From an uncultured bacterium (GTDB taxonomy: Bacteria > JAGOEH01): DNA of 64,000 bases. The notes under the pieces were generated by a model. That model ran no database searches and had not been told where the DNA came from. It saw only the letters and a program-made list of their open reading frames with translations. Below, piece by piece: positions 46,327-56,726 of this stretch; within the stretch, counting starts at the first letter, position 1; every line of letters begins with the position of its first letter. The stretch is taken from contig CAZWDO010000003.1 of assembly GCA_964632485.1 (NCBI GenBank), positions 120,690 to 184,689 of the forward strand, read 5' to 3'. A program made the position numbers and the translations under genes.

Positions 46327-48957
46327 TTAGCAATTGTCAATATAATTTTTTTTGATATTTTGCGTGAGCTCCTGAGCAAACTCTTTTTCCTGGTTAATCG
46401 GAAATAGATTGTCGAGGCGGGAAACCAGAATTTCGTCAAGAATTTGACGGAAATAGGGCCCGGGTTTCAATCCCCAGGCAATCAGATCCTCGCCAGTTGT
46501 TTGAATTTTTATTGATTGAAGTTCTGTCAAATAAAGAAGCAAATGACGGCGGATGATTAGGGTTTCAAAATATCCAAGAAAAAAAAGAATAGTTTCGATC
46601 GGAAATTCTTTTAATTGGAGGTAGATTGCGCTATTTTTCATCTCAGGGTTGTTTAAATTAAGGTTAAGAGTTTCTAATGACTGGTGGGTCCGTTTAAATA
46701 ATTGGCGGATTCGTTCACTAAAGGAAAAGTGCTGGAAGAAGAATTGGATTTCCGAAGCTGTGTGGCGCTGCAGGAGACCGAAAAGAAACACGAGCCAGTA
46801 ACGGGTTACTTGTGATTTGGTTACCATTCGGTGCCATTGGACGAAAGAGTTGATATGTTCCAGTAGTTTTATTTGTTCAGCTTGAAGTGAAAGGCTGATT
46901 GGGAATTGTTGGAGTATACCCAATTCATTGAGACGGTAAAGGGGTTTGAGTGGATTTTTTTCATGGAGAATGATTTCAAGTTCTTCGCGTAATCGTTTGG
47001 GGGTGAGTTGGTTAATGACTTTATGGCGGATCGCGGTTTCGATGAGCTTCAGGGTTTGTTCAGCGATTTTAAACCCAAATCGTTGTTCAAAACGGACAGC
47101 GCGGATAATACGGGTGGGGTCTTCGATGAAGCTGACGTTATGAAGAACGCGAATAATACCCAGGGAGATGTCCCGGCGACCGGAAAAATAGTCGAGCAAT
47201 CGCCCAAACGATTGGGGAGAGAGGCTTATTGCCAGGGTATTCAAAGAAAAATCTCGGCGGTATAGATCATGGCGCAGGCTGCTTTTTTCTACTAGAGGGA
47301 GCGCGGCAGGTTGTTCATAAAGTTCGATCCGCGCTGATGCCAAATCGAGAGTCAGTGTGGGTCCGGTTGATAGTTTCGCAGTATGAAATCGGGTATGAGT
47401 TTTGTAATGGCCGCCGTATTGGGAGACAAATCGCCTGGCTACATCAATCGCATCGCCTTCGATAACGATGTCGATGTCTTCGTTGACCCTTTCAAGTAGC
47501 AGATCGCGTACACAACCTCCGACTAAGTAGGCAGAAAATCCCAAGTCGATCGCCGTTTCACCAATGCGATGGAAGAGTTCGAGTGTTGATGAGTCGAATC
47601 GTTTAACTAGAAGTGGCATTAGATTATCGATCGAATATTTAAAATTTTCTTTTTTGTCCTGTTGATCGCCGAATCCCGATACAACGCTGTTCAGAAGATC
47701 GTTGGCTGTGACAATCCCGATAATCTTTCCGTTTTCGATCACTGGAAATTTTCGTTGCAGGGTACGGGCGATAATACCTTTGAATTGCTGAATACTTAAC
47801 AGAGGATCAACAGTGATCATATCGGTAGTCACAAAATCTGAAATGGGAGCATCCACTAGATGATGATGGAAGGCGCGATCAAGGTCATCCTTATGGACCA
47901 TGCCCTGAAAAGAGCCATCTGCATTATAGACAATTAGAGCGTTATGGTGAAGTTGCATGATCCGTCGGCGGGCCTCTTTAATTTTGGTTTCAGCGCTGAT
48001 TGATTCTACAGGGAAGCTCATGATATGCCTGATAGAGAGGGTTTGTGATATCTGATCGGTAATGCTCCGGGTAATCTGCTCTTCTATTTCCTGGAATGAT
48101 GTCTCTGCCTGGATGCTGGCGGCAGCGGCTGTGGGATGGCCTCCTCCCTGCCAGTATTCAAGCACTTTACCGCAGTCGATGGTACTTTCATCGGCGCGGG
48201 CGACTAAATAAAGTCGATTGCCCATGCGGACACCGACAAAAATGATGGACAAATCATAAATTCGTTTAAGTTTTTGGACAATCACTGAGACATCGGGCAA
48301 ATAGCCCGGATGGTCAGTGAAGGCAAAGTATATGCTGAGTCCGCGAATATCTTTGGAGATGAGACTGGTTGAGAGCTTGGAAAGCAAAGCAAATTGCTCT
48401 GAGTTTAACTCATATTGTAGATATTTATTGACATATCGAATATCTGCTCCGTTGTGCATTAAATAAGCCATCGCAAGAAAATCCTTACTCTTGGTGCGTG
48501 TGTGGCAAAAAAGCCCGGTATCTTCATAAATCGCCAGCATCATCAATGTGGCTTCTTCCGCGTTAACGGTAATTCCTTTTTCGATAAAATGGTCAATAAT
48601 CAGAGTGACGGCGGCACCGGTGGGTTCATTAATAATCTTTTGGGCGTTTATATCGATTTCATTTTCAGGGTGATGATCGACCAATAAGAGTGGAGCAATG
48701 GTATCGACCAGTTTTTCAAAGTTTGCCAGCCGATTTTTACGGGGTGTGTCAACGACAATGATTTCACTGATCTCGTTGAGATTGATTTGACGTTCCTTTC
48801 GGGGCGCAAAATGGGGATGATCCGCCAAAAAATGGCGGACATTGGGTTCCGGAGAACCTGTGAAAACAGGGATTGCTTCCGGGTAGAGTTTTGTAATGGC
48901 AAACATACAGGCCAATGAATCAAAGTCCGCATTTATGTGACTAATAACTACTTGCAT
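46327..48957 (-). CDS. Multidomain DHH-DHHA1 phosphoesterase / CBS pair / tRNA nucleotidyltransferase (CCA-adding, PolA-head) fusion
   Basis: DHH N-terminus HINADFDSLACMF...LVDHH. DHHA1 motif GGGHPTAAAASI. Two CBS modules. PolyA-polymerase head GGCVRDLLL...DIDIV. Confidence 0.8.
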   Translation of the reverse strand: MQVVISHINADFDSLACMFAITKLYPEAIPVFTGSPEPNVRHFLADHPHFAPRKERQINLNEISEIIVVDTPRKNRLANFEKLVDTIAPLLLVDHHPENEIDINAQKIINEPTGAAVTLIIDHFIEKGITVNAEEATLMMLAIYEDTGLFCHTRTKSKDFLAMAYLMHNGADIRYVNKYLQYELNSEQFALLSKLSTSLISKDIRGLSIYFAFTDHPGYLPDVSVIVQKLKRIYDLSIIFVGVRMGNRLYLVARADESTIDCGKVLEYWQGGGHPTAAAASIQAETSFQEIEEQITRSITDQISQTLSIRHIMSFPVESISAETKIKEARRRIMQLHHNALIVYNADGSFQGMVHKDDLDRAFHHHLVDAPISDFVTTDMITVDPLLSIQQFKGIIARTLQRKFPVIENGKIIGIVTANDLLNSVVSGFGDQQDKKENFKYSIDNLMPLLVKRFDSSTLELFHRIGETAIDLGFSAYLVGGCVRDLLLERVNEDIDIVIEGDAIDVARRFVSQYGGHYKTHTRFHTAKLSTGPTLTLDLASARIELYEQPAALPLVEKSSLRHDLYRRDFSLNTLAISLSPQSFGRLLDYFSGRRDISLGIIRVLHNVSFIEDPTRIIRAVRFEQRFGFKIAEQTLKLIETAIRHKVINQLTPKRLREELEIILHEKNPLKPLYRLNELGILQQFPISLSLQAEQIKLLEHINSFVQWHRMVTKSQVTRYWLVFLFGLLQRHTASEIQFFFQHFSFSERIRQLFKRTHQSLETLNLNLNNPEMKNSAIYLQLKEFPIETILFFLGYFETLIIRRHLLLYLTELQSIKIQTTGEDLIAWGLKPGPYFRQILDEILVSRLDNLFPINQEKEFAQELTQNIKKNYIDNC

Positions 48958-49753
48958 TTAATTTTTCCATTTTTTTTATTTCTTCCTCTATTTGTAATAA
49001 ATAACTGTTCAATCGTTCAATGGATCGTCCGACTCTGTCTCTTTCTTTTTGTAGTTTTTCCATGGGTTCAAGCAGGTGTTTCGGCTTCAACTGGTGTTTC
49101 ACTTGTTCAATAGGAGTCTGGTCCAGCATTTTACTGACCGCTTGCTCTCGCCGTAAGGGATCATTAAACTGGGCGGCAACTTTCATCCGTTCATATCCTA
49201 ATTTTTCATCAAGTTGTAATGCCTTGGCTTTCATCATAAACGCTGCGCTTTGTCGTGGCAACTGCAATACCCGGTCCAGGTAATCGTCGAAACGAAGCCC
49301 TTTCTCGCGGCAAATAGTTTGCGCCTGTAACAATAAGTCCCCCATCTTTTTCATTAATTTGCCACTGGAAGCGATAACGTCGTTTTGGAGCTGTTGAGTA
49401 ATGCTTGTCAGTTGATCGTCTGTATTGAAAGAGGGTTGATAATATCCGCAGGCTTCGGCTTTTTCCAATAGTTCGTAGAACAGGGTATAGAATTCACTGT
49501 TGTGGGCCCGACTGACCCGTCTGAGAACATTGTCTTTATGCGTAAAATGAATGTGATGAGCGAATTCATGGATGGCTGTATATATCAATTCGTTATCATT
49601 GCTAAAATTATGATTGTGGATAATAATTTCCATTGTTTGGGGTTTATATAGCCCATTGACCTTGCGGCTGCTTTTTCCTGAAAATATGAGTTGAAAATCT
49701 GCGACATCTTCTTTTATATCGAGCAATATCTGTTTTACATGATCCTGGTTCAT
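48941..49753 (-). CDS. SprT-like HExxH zinc metalloprotease domain protein with C-terminal coiled coil
   Basis: IHEFAHHIHFTH...HNSEFY. Confidence 0.6.
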   Translation of the reverse strand: MNQDHVKQILLDIKEDVADFQLIFSGKSSRKVNGLYKPQTMEIIIHNHNFSNDNELIYTAIHEFAHHIHFTHKDNVLRRVSRAHNSEFYTLFYELLEKAEACGYYQPSFNTDDQLTSITQQLQNDVIASSGKLMKKMGDLLLQAQTICREKGLRFDDYLDRVLQLPRQSAAFMMKAKALQLDEKLGYERMKVAAQFNDPLRREQAVSKMLDQTPIEQVKHQLKPKHLLEPMEKLQKERDRVGRSIERLNSYLLQIEEEIKKMEKLNASSY

Positions 49754-49761
49754 AATACTCC

Positions 49762-50991
49762 TTATACTTTAATCCGTTCCATTTCAATGTTGAGCTGGTA
49801 TTGATTTGTTTCTTTTTTGAATTTAAGGGGAAGTTGACGAGGAAAATAAGAGGGGTGCCTGACGCGAATGCCGATAGAATCGATTTCGTGAGAATAATCA
49901 TAATATTTAATCGTCCAAGGCATGGTTGGGATCAGGTATGTCCGCTGTCGAAGCGGAGACTGGATGTAGAGCGAACAATCAGGTATAAAAGATTTTGCGC
50001 TATCAATGATATTGAAAGTTAACTCAAGCGGGCAGCGGGTCAGCATGATTGAAACGAGCTGAATTGTATCTCCGGGTTCGATTCCAATAGCGATATGAGC
50101 GTGGGTTAAACTGCTGTCGTATCCGGTATGCTTGAAAATAAATGGGTACCAGAAATCCTGAGGTGTGTGGACTTGAAACAGGGCGCGCCCGGAACTGTCG
50201 GAATAGCGAAAGTTGCGTAAAAAAGGCGCTTCAATCCGTACGCCAGGAAATAGATGGCGCGATTCGTCCATGACGGTAATAAGTATCCGATAGCTGTCAT
50301 AGGATATACGGCGCAAGGGATCACAGTGGTTAATCTCCATAATGTCGACAATTTCTCCGCCTTCCCGGGAACTCAATTCGCGCAACTCCTCTTTTGGCTT
50401 GACTAAAATGGGATAAAAATTAAATTTTCTGCGATCAAATGGGTTGATATTGTAGGAGGAGAGTTCTGTTTTCAATTGGCTAAAAGAGATGGGGTTTTTT
50501 ACATTTTTAGGGAATAACAGCTCGCCATCGCTAAAAAGGTTAATCTCCTGTTCCGTTTCCGTGGGATCATGGCGCAATGACCCATATCCGTTGAGGATAG
50601 CAGATGTAATATATGAAGCGGCTAAGCGATCTGGATTTTCCTGCCATTCATTAAGTGTGGTTTCACGTATCGTTTCAAGATAAGTGAAAATATCGGATTT
50701 AAGGGAATTATCCAATTTTTCCCAGGTTTTCATATTGACGGATTCAGCAAAAACGATTATTGTAACCCTTTGATTTCCATTTGGTAAACGCATAATAGCG
50801 TTTTGGATATAGCAAATAATATTGTCAAGAATTCGTTGTTTTCCCGATCCATAGATGGTCATCATCGAAGAAGAATTATCCATGATAAACACGGATTCTG
50901 AATAATAAGCCGTGGTTTCATCGACTTCCCGGGGATAAATCAGCCCGATGGAAATAAGCCAGATTAGAATGCAGTAGATGATTGTTTTCAC
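49762..50991 (-). CDS. Secreted von Willebrand factor A (vWA) domain protein
   Basis: Signal peptide. MIDAS motif VFIMDNSSSM. Confidence 0.7.
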   Translation of the reverse strand: MKTIIYCILIWLISIGLIYPREVDETTAYYSESVFIMDNSSSMMTIYGSGKQRILDNIICYIQNAIMRLPNGNQRVTIIVFAESVNMKTWEKLDNSLKSDIFTYLETIRETTLNEWQENPDRLAASYITSAILNGYGSLRHDPTETEQEINLFSDGELLFPKNVKNPISFSQLKTELSSYNINPFDRRKFNFYPILVKPKEELRELSSREGGEIVDIMEINHCDPLRRISYDSYRILITVMDESRHLFPGVRIEAPFLRNFRYSDSSGRALFQVHTPQDFWYPFIFKHTGYDSSLTHAHIAIGIEPGDTIQLVSIMLTRCPLELTFNIIDSAKSFIPDCSLYIQSPLRQRTYLIPTMPWTIKYYDYSHEIDSIGIRVRHPSYFPRQLPLKFKKETNQYQLNIEMERIKV

Positions 50992-52640
50992 TGGGACTTG
51001 CTTGGATTGAGGTAAAGGTAACGTTTGACTTTCTTGGTTGGTGTCATATCGAACGGCTCAATTTGCTCATGGATTTTTATCAATTGCGAATAAGCTGGCA
51101 ATTGCGAATTGACCGATAGCCTGATTTCCTCGAGCAACTGTTTTAGCGCAGTTTTGCTTTGATCTGTTGTGATCTGTTTATTCAATAAATATTGATCAAT
51201 CTGGTCATAATCGGGATAAACTTTGGCGGACAGCCGATTTGAGTCATCATAGACTATTGCTTGAAGAATGTAGGGCGTCTGGCAGAGAAGTTGTTCGATG
51301 ATTTCCGGATAGATGTTTTTCCCGCTTGACCCGATGATTACATTTTTCAACCGCCCTTTAATAAAGATATATCCTTCTTCGTCGATATAGCCCAGATCTC
51401 CGGTTCTCAACCAACCATCGGGAAGAAAAACCTGTTCATTGGCTTGTGGATTTTGATAATAACCCTGCATGACAACAGGCCCTTTGACAATGATTTCTCC
51501 GATTCCGTTTTCATCACATTGAAATATGCGGATTTGCACATCAGCGATGGGCAATCCAACAGAAAAGGGTTTAACTTTTCCAAGGGGGTTGATGGCAATA
51601 ATCGGAGATGTTTCTGTTAATCCGTACCCGACAGAATAAGGGAAATGGGCATCCTGCAGAAACTGTTCGACGTCGGGACTGAGTCCGGCGCCTCCGAACA
51701 TCATAAAGCGCAGTCGATTGCCAAAGAGTTGCAATAGTTTTTTTCCGGCGATTCGGTGGAGTAGTTTTCGAGATTTTTTAAAACGGAGCAAATGGCGCGT
51801 AATCGGTTTCTGATTGAATTTTGCCAGTATTTGATTTCGATAGATTTTTTCGATAACCAATGGGACCGTCAGCAGCGCCCGGGGGCGAACTTTTTGCATG
51901 GCCGCTAATAATGTTTTGGGAGTGGGCAGGCCGTGAATATATGATATCGGCGCTCCGACATAGAGTGGAATCAAAAACCCGGACGTGCACTCATAGGTAT
52001 GTGCCATCGGCAGTATTGAGAGGAAATGATCGTTATAATCAATGTGGAATCTGGCTACAGAATTGATAATGTCAGATACCAGATTTCGGTGGGATAACAT
52101 GACCCCTTTGGAATGTCCGGTTGTCCCCGAAGTGTAAATAATGGCGGCCAGATCATCGGGGCTGGGAGACCCGATGCGTTGGACCGGTATATTACGGAAA
52201 GGTTTTAGATGCGGTGTTTCAGATCGCCAGTCGAGTTCCTCTAACAGATAACAGTTCGGGAGGGATGAATTTTCATTTTCTTCAAGTTTAGAAAATTGCC
52301 GGGATGTGGAAAATAAAAGGCGAGCGCCGCTATGGCGGATAATATGGCGGATATCGGTCGCTGGAAAATCGGGAAGAATCGGCACAACAATAAGTCCATT
52401 GACGACTCCGGCCAGATAAACGGCTCCCCATGCCGGAGAATTGTCGCCAAGAATAGCGATTCGATCGCCTTTTTGCAATCCATTATGCCGCAGCAGGCCG
52501 GTCAATTGATCCACCCATAACGCAATCTCTTTAAATGTATAAGCTTGCTCATCAAAAAACCCGCAAAATGGATGATCCTGATATTCTTTGATTGCGTTAT
52601 CAATTAGTTCGGATAACGTCTCCGTTGATAAAGATATCAT
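50988..52640 (-). CDS. AMP-dependent synthetase/ligase (long-chain acyl-CoA synthetase-like)
   Basis: AMP-binding motif IYTSGTTGHSKGV. Motif II GYGLTE. Confidence 0.9.
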   Translation of the reverse strand: MISLSTETLSELIDNAIKEYQDHPFCGFFDEQAYTFKEIALWVDQLTGLLRHNGLQKGDRIAILGDNSPAWGAVYLAGVVNGLIVVPILPDFPATDIRHIIRHSGARLLFSTSRQFSKLEENENSSLPNCYLLEELDWRSETPHLKPFRNIPVQRIGSPSPDDLAAIIYTSGTTGHSKGVMLSHRNLVSDIINSVARFHIDYNDHFLSILPMAHTYECTSGFLIPLYVGAPISYIHGLPTPKTLLAAMQKVRPRALLTVPLVIEKIYRNQILAKFNQKPITRHLLRFKKSRKLLHRIAGKKLLQLFGNRLRFMMFGGAGLSPDVEQFLQDAHFPYSVGYGLTETSPIIAINPLGKVKPFSVGLPIADVQIRIFQCDENGIGEIIVKGPVVMQGYYQNPQANEQVFLPDGWLRTGDLGYIDEEGYIFIKGRLKNVIIGSSGKNIYPEIIEQLLCQTPYILQAIVYDDSNRLSAKVYPDYDQIDQYLLNKQITTDQSKTALKQLLEEIRLSVNSQLPAYSQLIKIHEQIEPFDMTPTKKVKRYLYLNPSKSQ

Positions 52641-52663
52641 AAATGCCTCCTGATTAAATCGGT

Positions 52664-53401
52664 TTAAACCGTAACATCGTGAAAAAAACTGGATAAGGTC
52701 GGGTGTGTCGATTGGATGGCATCCGCTAATGTGCCGAGAAAGATGATGTGGCCATCTTCGAGAAAGAGTATCCGGTCAGCAATGCGGTGGATACTAGCGG
52801 GTTCATGGGTGACAATAATGATAGTCATTCCTAATTGACTGCGAAGTTTAAGTAGGAGATGGTCCAAATTGCGACTTGTGATGGGATCTAATCCCGCGGA
52901 AGGTTCGTCGCAGAATAGAAGTTTCGGATCCAGCATGAGAGCTCGAGCCAGAGCGGCTCGTTTACGCATTCCGCCTGAAAGCTGGGCGGGAAAAAGCTGC
53001 GCCGCCTGCGCTAATTCTACCAGTTGTAGCTTTGTCATAATCATCTTTTCGATCACATTTTGCGGAAGGTTCGCATGTTGTTCCAAGGGGATGGCAAGGT
53101 TATCGAAAACCGAATAGGAATTAAGCAAAGCGCCGTTCTGGAATAATACTCCAATCTCTTTTAAAATTGTATCGCGCTCCTCTTCATCACGCTCGGTAAA
53201 CGGCTGATCGAAAAAATTAACGAACCCCGCGAAGGGTTCATGCAAGTTAAGCATATTTTTAAACAATGTTGATTTTCCACAACCGCTGCTTCCCAATATA
53301 ATAAAAATTTCTCCCGCCATTACTTCAAAATTAATATCAGAGAGAACCACTCGTTCGTGATATCGGGCTTCAAGATTACGAACAACGACTACGGGTTTCA
53401 T
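52664..53401 (-). CDS. MlaF-like ABC ATPase of an MCE/Mla lipid-transport system
   Basis: Walker A GSSGCGKST, signature LSGGMRKR, Walker B LLFCDEP. Confidence 0.85.
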   Translation of the reverse strand: MKPVVVVRNLEARYHERVVLSDINFEVMAGEIFIILGSSGCGKSTLFKNMLNLHEPFAGFVNFFDQPFTERDEEERDTILKEIGVLFQNGALLNSYSVFDNLAIPLEQHANLPQNVIEKMIMTKLQLVELAQAAQLFPAQLSGGMRKRAALARALMLDPKLLFCDEPSAGLDPITSRNLDHLLLKLRSQLGMTIIIVTHEPASIHRIADRILFLEDGHIIFLGTLADAIQSTHPTLSSFFHDVTV

Positions 53402-54493
53402 TTAATCTCCAAAATAAAAAAGTAAACTGAAAAGGCTGTCGGCGACAATCACCAGGAAAATGGCCAGCACGACGGCTGCGGTAGTCGCTTTGCCGACTCC
53501 TTCGGCGCCCCCTTTGACATGGAGACCGTAAAATGCGCCGACGACCAGGATGATCCATGCAAATATAAGGCTTTTAAATAAACCGATAACCACATCATAT
53601 AGTAGAACAGTCTGAAAAAGTCGTTCCCAATAAATATTAAAGGGGAGTTCCAGGTACCAGATTGCGATTAAGAGCCCGCCGACAATACCCAAAAAATCCG
53701 CCAGAATAGTCAACAAGGGAGTCATGAGGGAAATTGCGATGAATTTAGGAACAATAACAAAGCGAATAGGATGGATAGCCATCATACGCAACGCATCCAG
53801 TTCCTCTGTTACTCCCATGGTAGCGATTTCAGCGGCAATGGCGGATCCCGATCGGCCGGCAAGCATAATAGCGGTCATTAGGGGACCCATCTCGCGGATC
53901 ATAGCCACTCCAATGAGATCAGCAATGAATAAATTGGCTCCAAATTGCCTGAGTTGAGCGGCCGACTGCAACGCTAAAATCAACCCAACTAAAAAAGACA
54001 TTGATCCGATAACCGGGAGCGCATTGACGCCAATCGTCACGGATTGGTCGATCGTTGCGCCGGCGCGGTGCTGTTTTTTGCCGATTAATGCCAGGATAGA
54101 CCAGTAAAAAATATCTGCGGTTAGACTTACAAACTGATACGCCCGGGAGGAAAATTGTTGCGCAGATTCACCGATTTGTTCCACCCAGCGTTGCCGGTTC
54201 CCCATTAAAATAGGGCTTTTATGCTCCTGTGGCGGGCTCAGGGTTTTTAACAGTAAGCCATGTTCAGGAGATATGGCAACTAAGGCTGGCGCAACATTCT
54301 CTTTGATTAATTCCTCAATGCAAATATTCAGCCAGGCGATTCCGGCGCTATCAAGACTAACTACCTGAGAAAAATTTATAATTTTTAACAGAAGCCTTGA
54401 ATTTTTCGATCTGTTCCAATCAAGATCGAGTTCAGGAACTGTTTGGCAGGTGATGGCCGGGGGTAAAATCCATTCTGCATCTTTGATTATCAT
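53402..54493 (-). CDS. MlaE-like permease with N-terminal STAS (MlaB-like) domain fusion
   Basis: The N-terminal 110 aa carry the STAS-type DSAG motif (VVSLDSAGIAWL). The C-terminal part matches the MlaE/YrbE core (LAGRSGSAIAAEIATMGVTEELDALRMM). Confidence 0.8.
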   Translation of the reverse strand: MIIKDAEWILPPAITCQTVPELDLDWNRSKNSRLLLKIINFSQVVSLDSAGIAWLNICIEELIKENVAPALVAISPEHGLLLKTLSPPQEHKSPILMGNRQRWVEQIGESAQQFSSRAYQFVSLTADIFYWSILALIGKKQHRAGATIDQSVTIGVNALPVIGSMSFLVGLILALQSAAQLRQFGANLFIADLIGVAMIREMGPLMTAIMLAGRSGSAIAAEIATMGVTEELDALRMMAIHPIRFVIVPKFIAISLMTPLLTILADFLGIVGGLLIAIWYLELPFNIYWERLFQTVLLYDVVIGLFKSLIFAWIILVVGAFYGLHVKGGAEGVGKATTAAVVLAIFLVIVADSLFSLLFYFGD

Positions 54494-54502
54494 GGGTTTC
54501 TC

Positions 54503-56083
54503 TTAAAAAAAGTAATGGGAGTACCGTAGCATGATGATATGTTCTTTTTGCACAATTCGGCTGATATTTTTGTTTTGCTTAATCCGAATTGTGTAATCCA
54601 GCGAAAGGTTTTTGATCAGGCGGAGGTTGCAAATGTTTTCAAATTCATAGACAAAGTCGTCGCTAGATTGGAACGGCGACAATATGTCCAGTTCACTGAT
54701 AATATAAATTTGGGAAGAAAGATAAAACTGGGCATAAATACTGCTCTCAATCCCTTTTAAAAAGGAATGATCCAGATTAATGAAGGTGGTATCATTTTGA
54801 AGTGTGTAAACATCATGATTGAAAGTCTGGCGAAAGCCCAGGCCCCCTCTCAGAAAAACCGAAATCCGATAGCTGGGGGAGAAAGTAAAATTTAAGCCGA
54901 GTCCTTGTTTCATGGCGAGAGGGAACATTGAAGGCGCCAGCCGGACGCGGTCAACATTGGTTTTTGTTTTTACTAATTTATTATCCCGGTTATAAAAGTT
55001 GGCGTTTTGGGCATTGGAAAAATAGCGCCATGTAGGGAAGAAACGGCTATTCAGGTTAATTCGGCCATAGAGTCCTAATATTTTGTACAATTTTAGAATC
55101 AAAATGTTTTTAGTTTCCATATTATCGATAATACTGCGGAATTCCAGATCGTTTTGCTTATTCCATCCTTCCTCGATAATATTGCGGGTATTGAAGTAAT
55201 AGTGAGGGTTATCATATCGAGCCTGGAATTCGAGTTGGGAGGAAAACAGATAATTAGTGGAAAAAATGTCGGCAGTAACATCGTTTGCATGGGAAAGGTT
55301 AAAATTACCATGCCAGGCGCCGATCAGTTTCCAGTTTTGAATTTTTCGCTGCTGAGCTTCACGATTGCTATTGCCACACCCCATAAAATGGCGGGTTTCT
55401 TCATCAATGACAATAGTAAAAGGGATATAATGCCCGGGTAAAAGTAAAAAAGTGGCGAAATCAATATCAACGGCAATGTTTGCTCCCGCTTTCACAATTT
55501 TGTAGAGTCCCGGGGGAAGATAATATGTGCGGGCTTTATCGACTTTTTCCAAATCGTCGCTGCTAAATGTCAGGACTTTCCGTATGGAGCGGGAAGTAAT
55601 GTCGTAAACGTCGAAATTATCTTTAAGGTATTCTCGATTTTGATTTTGTACAATGAATGTAATCCCCCCATAGTGGGGTTGCAGGATTGCGCGTTCTTCT
55701 GGATAAATTGCAAACGTTTGTTTGACAAAGATGTCGCCGGTAAAGGTTTCAATTCTATATTGACCTGGTGAGAGAATGTATTGTTGGCCTGGAAAGGCTT
55801 GATCTATAATTACCCGCGCCAGGAAATCTGCGCTGTCGGTATCGGATGATCTGATTTGTCGGATTTGCAGTATTGGCTCAGTGGTCGATATAGCCATAGA
55901 CGGAATAAAAACTGCTCCCAGTTCTTTGGCCAGGGGAGAACCGTTGATCGCTTGCTGGATTTCGGGGGGGTCCGCATCCCAGGTGCGGTAATACTGCTCT
56001 AAGTAGTCTTCAAACGATTGATTTGCGGTTAATGGGCTGATCAATAAAAGTAAACCGCATAATAACGCAAACAGTTTATTCAT
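54503..56083 (-). CDS. Putative outer-membrane beta-barrel protein with N-terminal periplasmic domain
   Basis: The start is at the internal Met (MNKLFALLCGLLLLISPLTA signal), 2 nt after the upstream stop. The C-terminal half has alternating hydrophobic/aromatic strands and ends ...RYSHYFF (terminal Phe). Confidence 0.6.
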   Translation of the reverse strand: MNKLFALLCGLLLLISPLTANQSFEDYLEQYYRTWDADPPEIQQAINGSPLAKELGAVFIPSMAISTTEPILQIRQIRSSDTDSADFLARVIIDQAFPGQQYILSPGQYRIETFTGDIFVKQTFAIYPEERAILQPHYGGITFIVQNQNREYLKDNFDVYDITSRSIRKVLTFSSDDLEKVDKARTYYLPPGLYKIVKAGANIAVDIDFATFLLLPGHYIPFTIVIDEETRHFMGCGNSNREAQQRKIQNWKLIGAWHGNFNLSHANDVTADIFSTNYLFSSQLEFQARYDNPHYYFNTRNIIEEGWNKQNDLEFRSIIDNMETKNILILKLYKILGLYGRINLNSRFFPTWRYFSNAQNANFYNRDNKLVKTKTNVDRVRLAPSMFPLAMKQGLGLNFTFSPSYRISVFLRGGLGFRQTFNHDVYTLQNDTTFINLDHSFLKGIESSIYAQFYLSSQIYIISELDILSPFQSSDDFVYEFENICNLRLIKNLSLDYTIRIKQNKNISRIVQKEHIIMLRYSHYFF

Positions 56084-56726
56084 GGAGTGAATCGGGTGGG
56101 TGGTAGTGCCGGATGATTTTCGTAATGAATTGATCAATCTCCTGCCGGAGTATTTCGGATGTTTTTGCTACATAGGCATATACTTCGCTTTGATATATTT
56201 TTTCGGAACGATCGAAATAGTGGTAAACAATCGGCGTCAGCGAATCATTATGGACCAGCTCCAACTCTATTTCAAGGTGAGCCGCAAAGTGTTCGACTTC
56301 AGTGCCTTTATGCTCGTAGCGTTCCATACACAGGATATTGGCTTTTATTTGCATATCGTAGGGTTGTCCTGTATATTCAGAAGATAGTTCACGAAATAAC
56401 CGATATGCGGCCAAATGGCGATAAACCAGATCGCGGATATTGTCTCCCGGCCGCAATGCCCAAAGATGGTAGCGGAAGTAGTTTAATTCATGGATAGTAT
56501 ATCGGACAGTGATATTATTGCGGTCATAGATGCGCGGCATGTCAAACGAACCGATCAATACATTTGAATTGCATAGCGGTAGTTGGCCCAAAGAATCAAT
56601 GGCCTGGCGGATGCTGTCGTTACGGATTGGATAATCCAACAGATAGAATTGTCGGGTGGGAATATATTGACTGCAGGCTATCAGGGCCAGCAAGAACAGG
56701 ACGAAGGCGTTAACGATTGATTTCAT
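56076..56726 (-). CDS. PqiC-like ABC-transport auxiliary lipoprotein
   Basis: Lipobox LIACSQ. The conserved YLLDYP near the N-terminus is analogous to the YYQLP of pfam03886 proteins. The gene sits between MlaD-like and barrel genes. Confidence 0.55.
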   Translation of the reverse strand: MKSIVNAFVLFLLALIACSQYIPTRQFYLLDYPIRNDSIRQAIDSLGQLPLCNSNVLIGSFDMPRIYDRNNITVRYTIHELNYFRYHLWALRPGDNIRDLVYRHLAAYRLFRELSSEYTGQPYDMQIKANILCMERYEHKGTEVEHFAAHLEIELELVHNDSLTPIVYHYFDRSEKIYQSEVYAYVAKTSEILRQEIDQFITKIIRHYHPPDSLHE

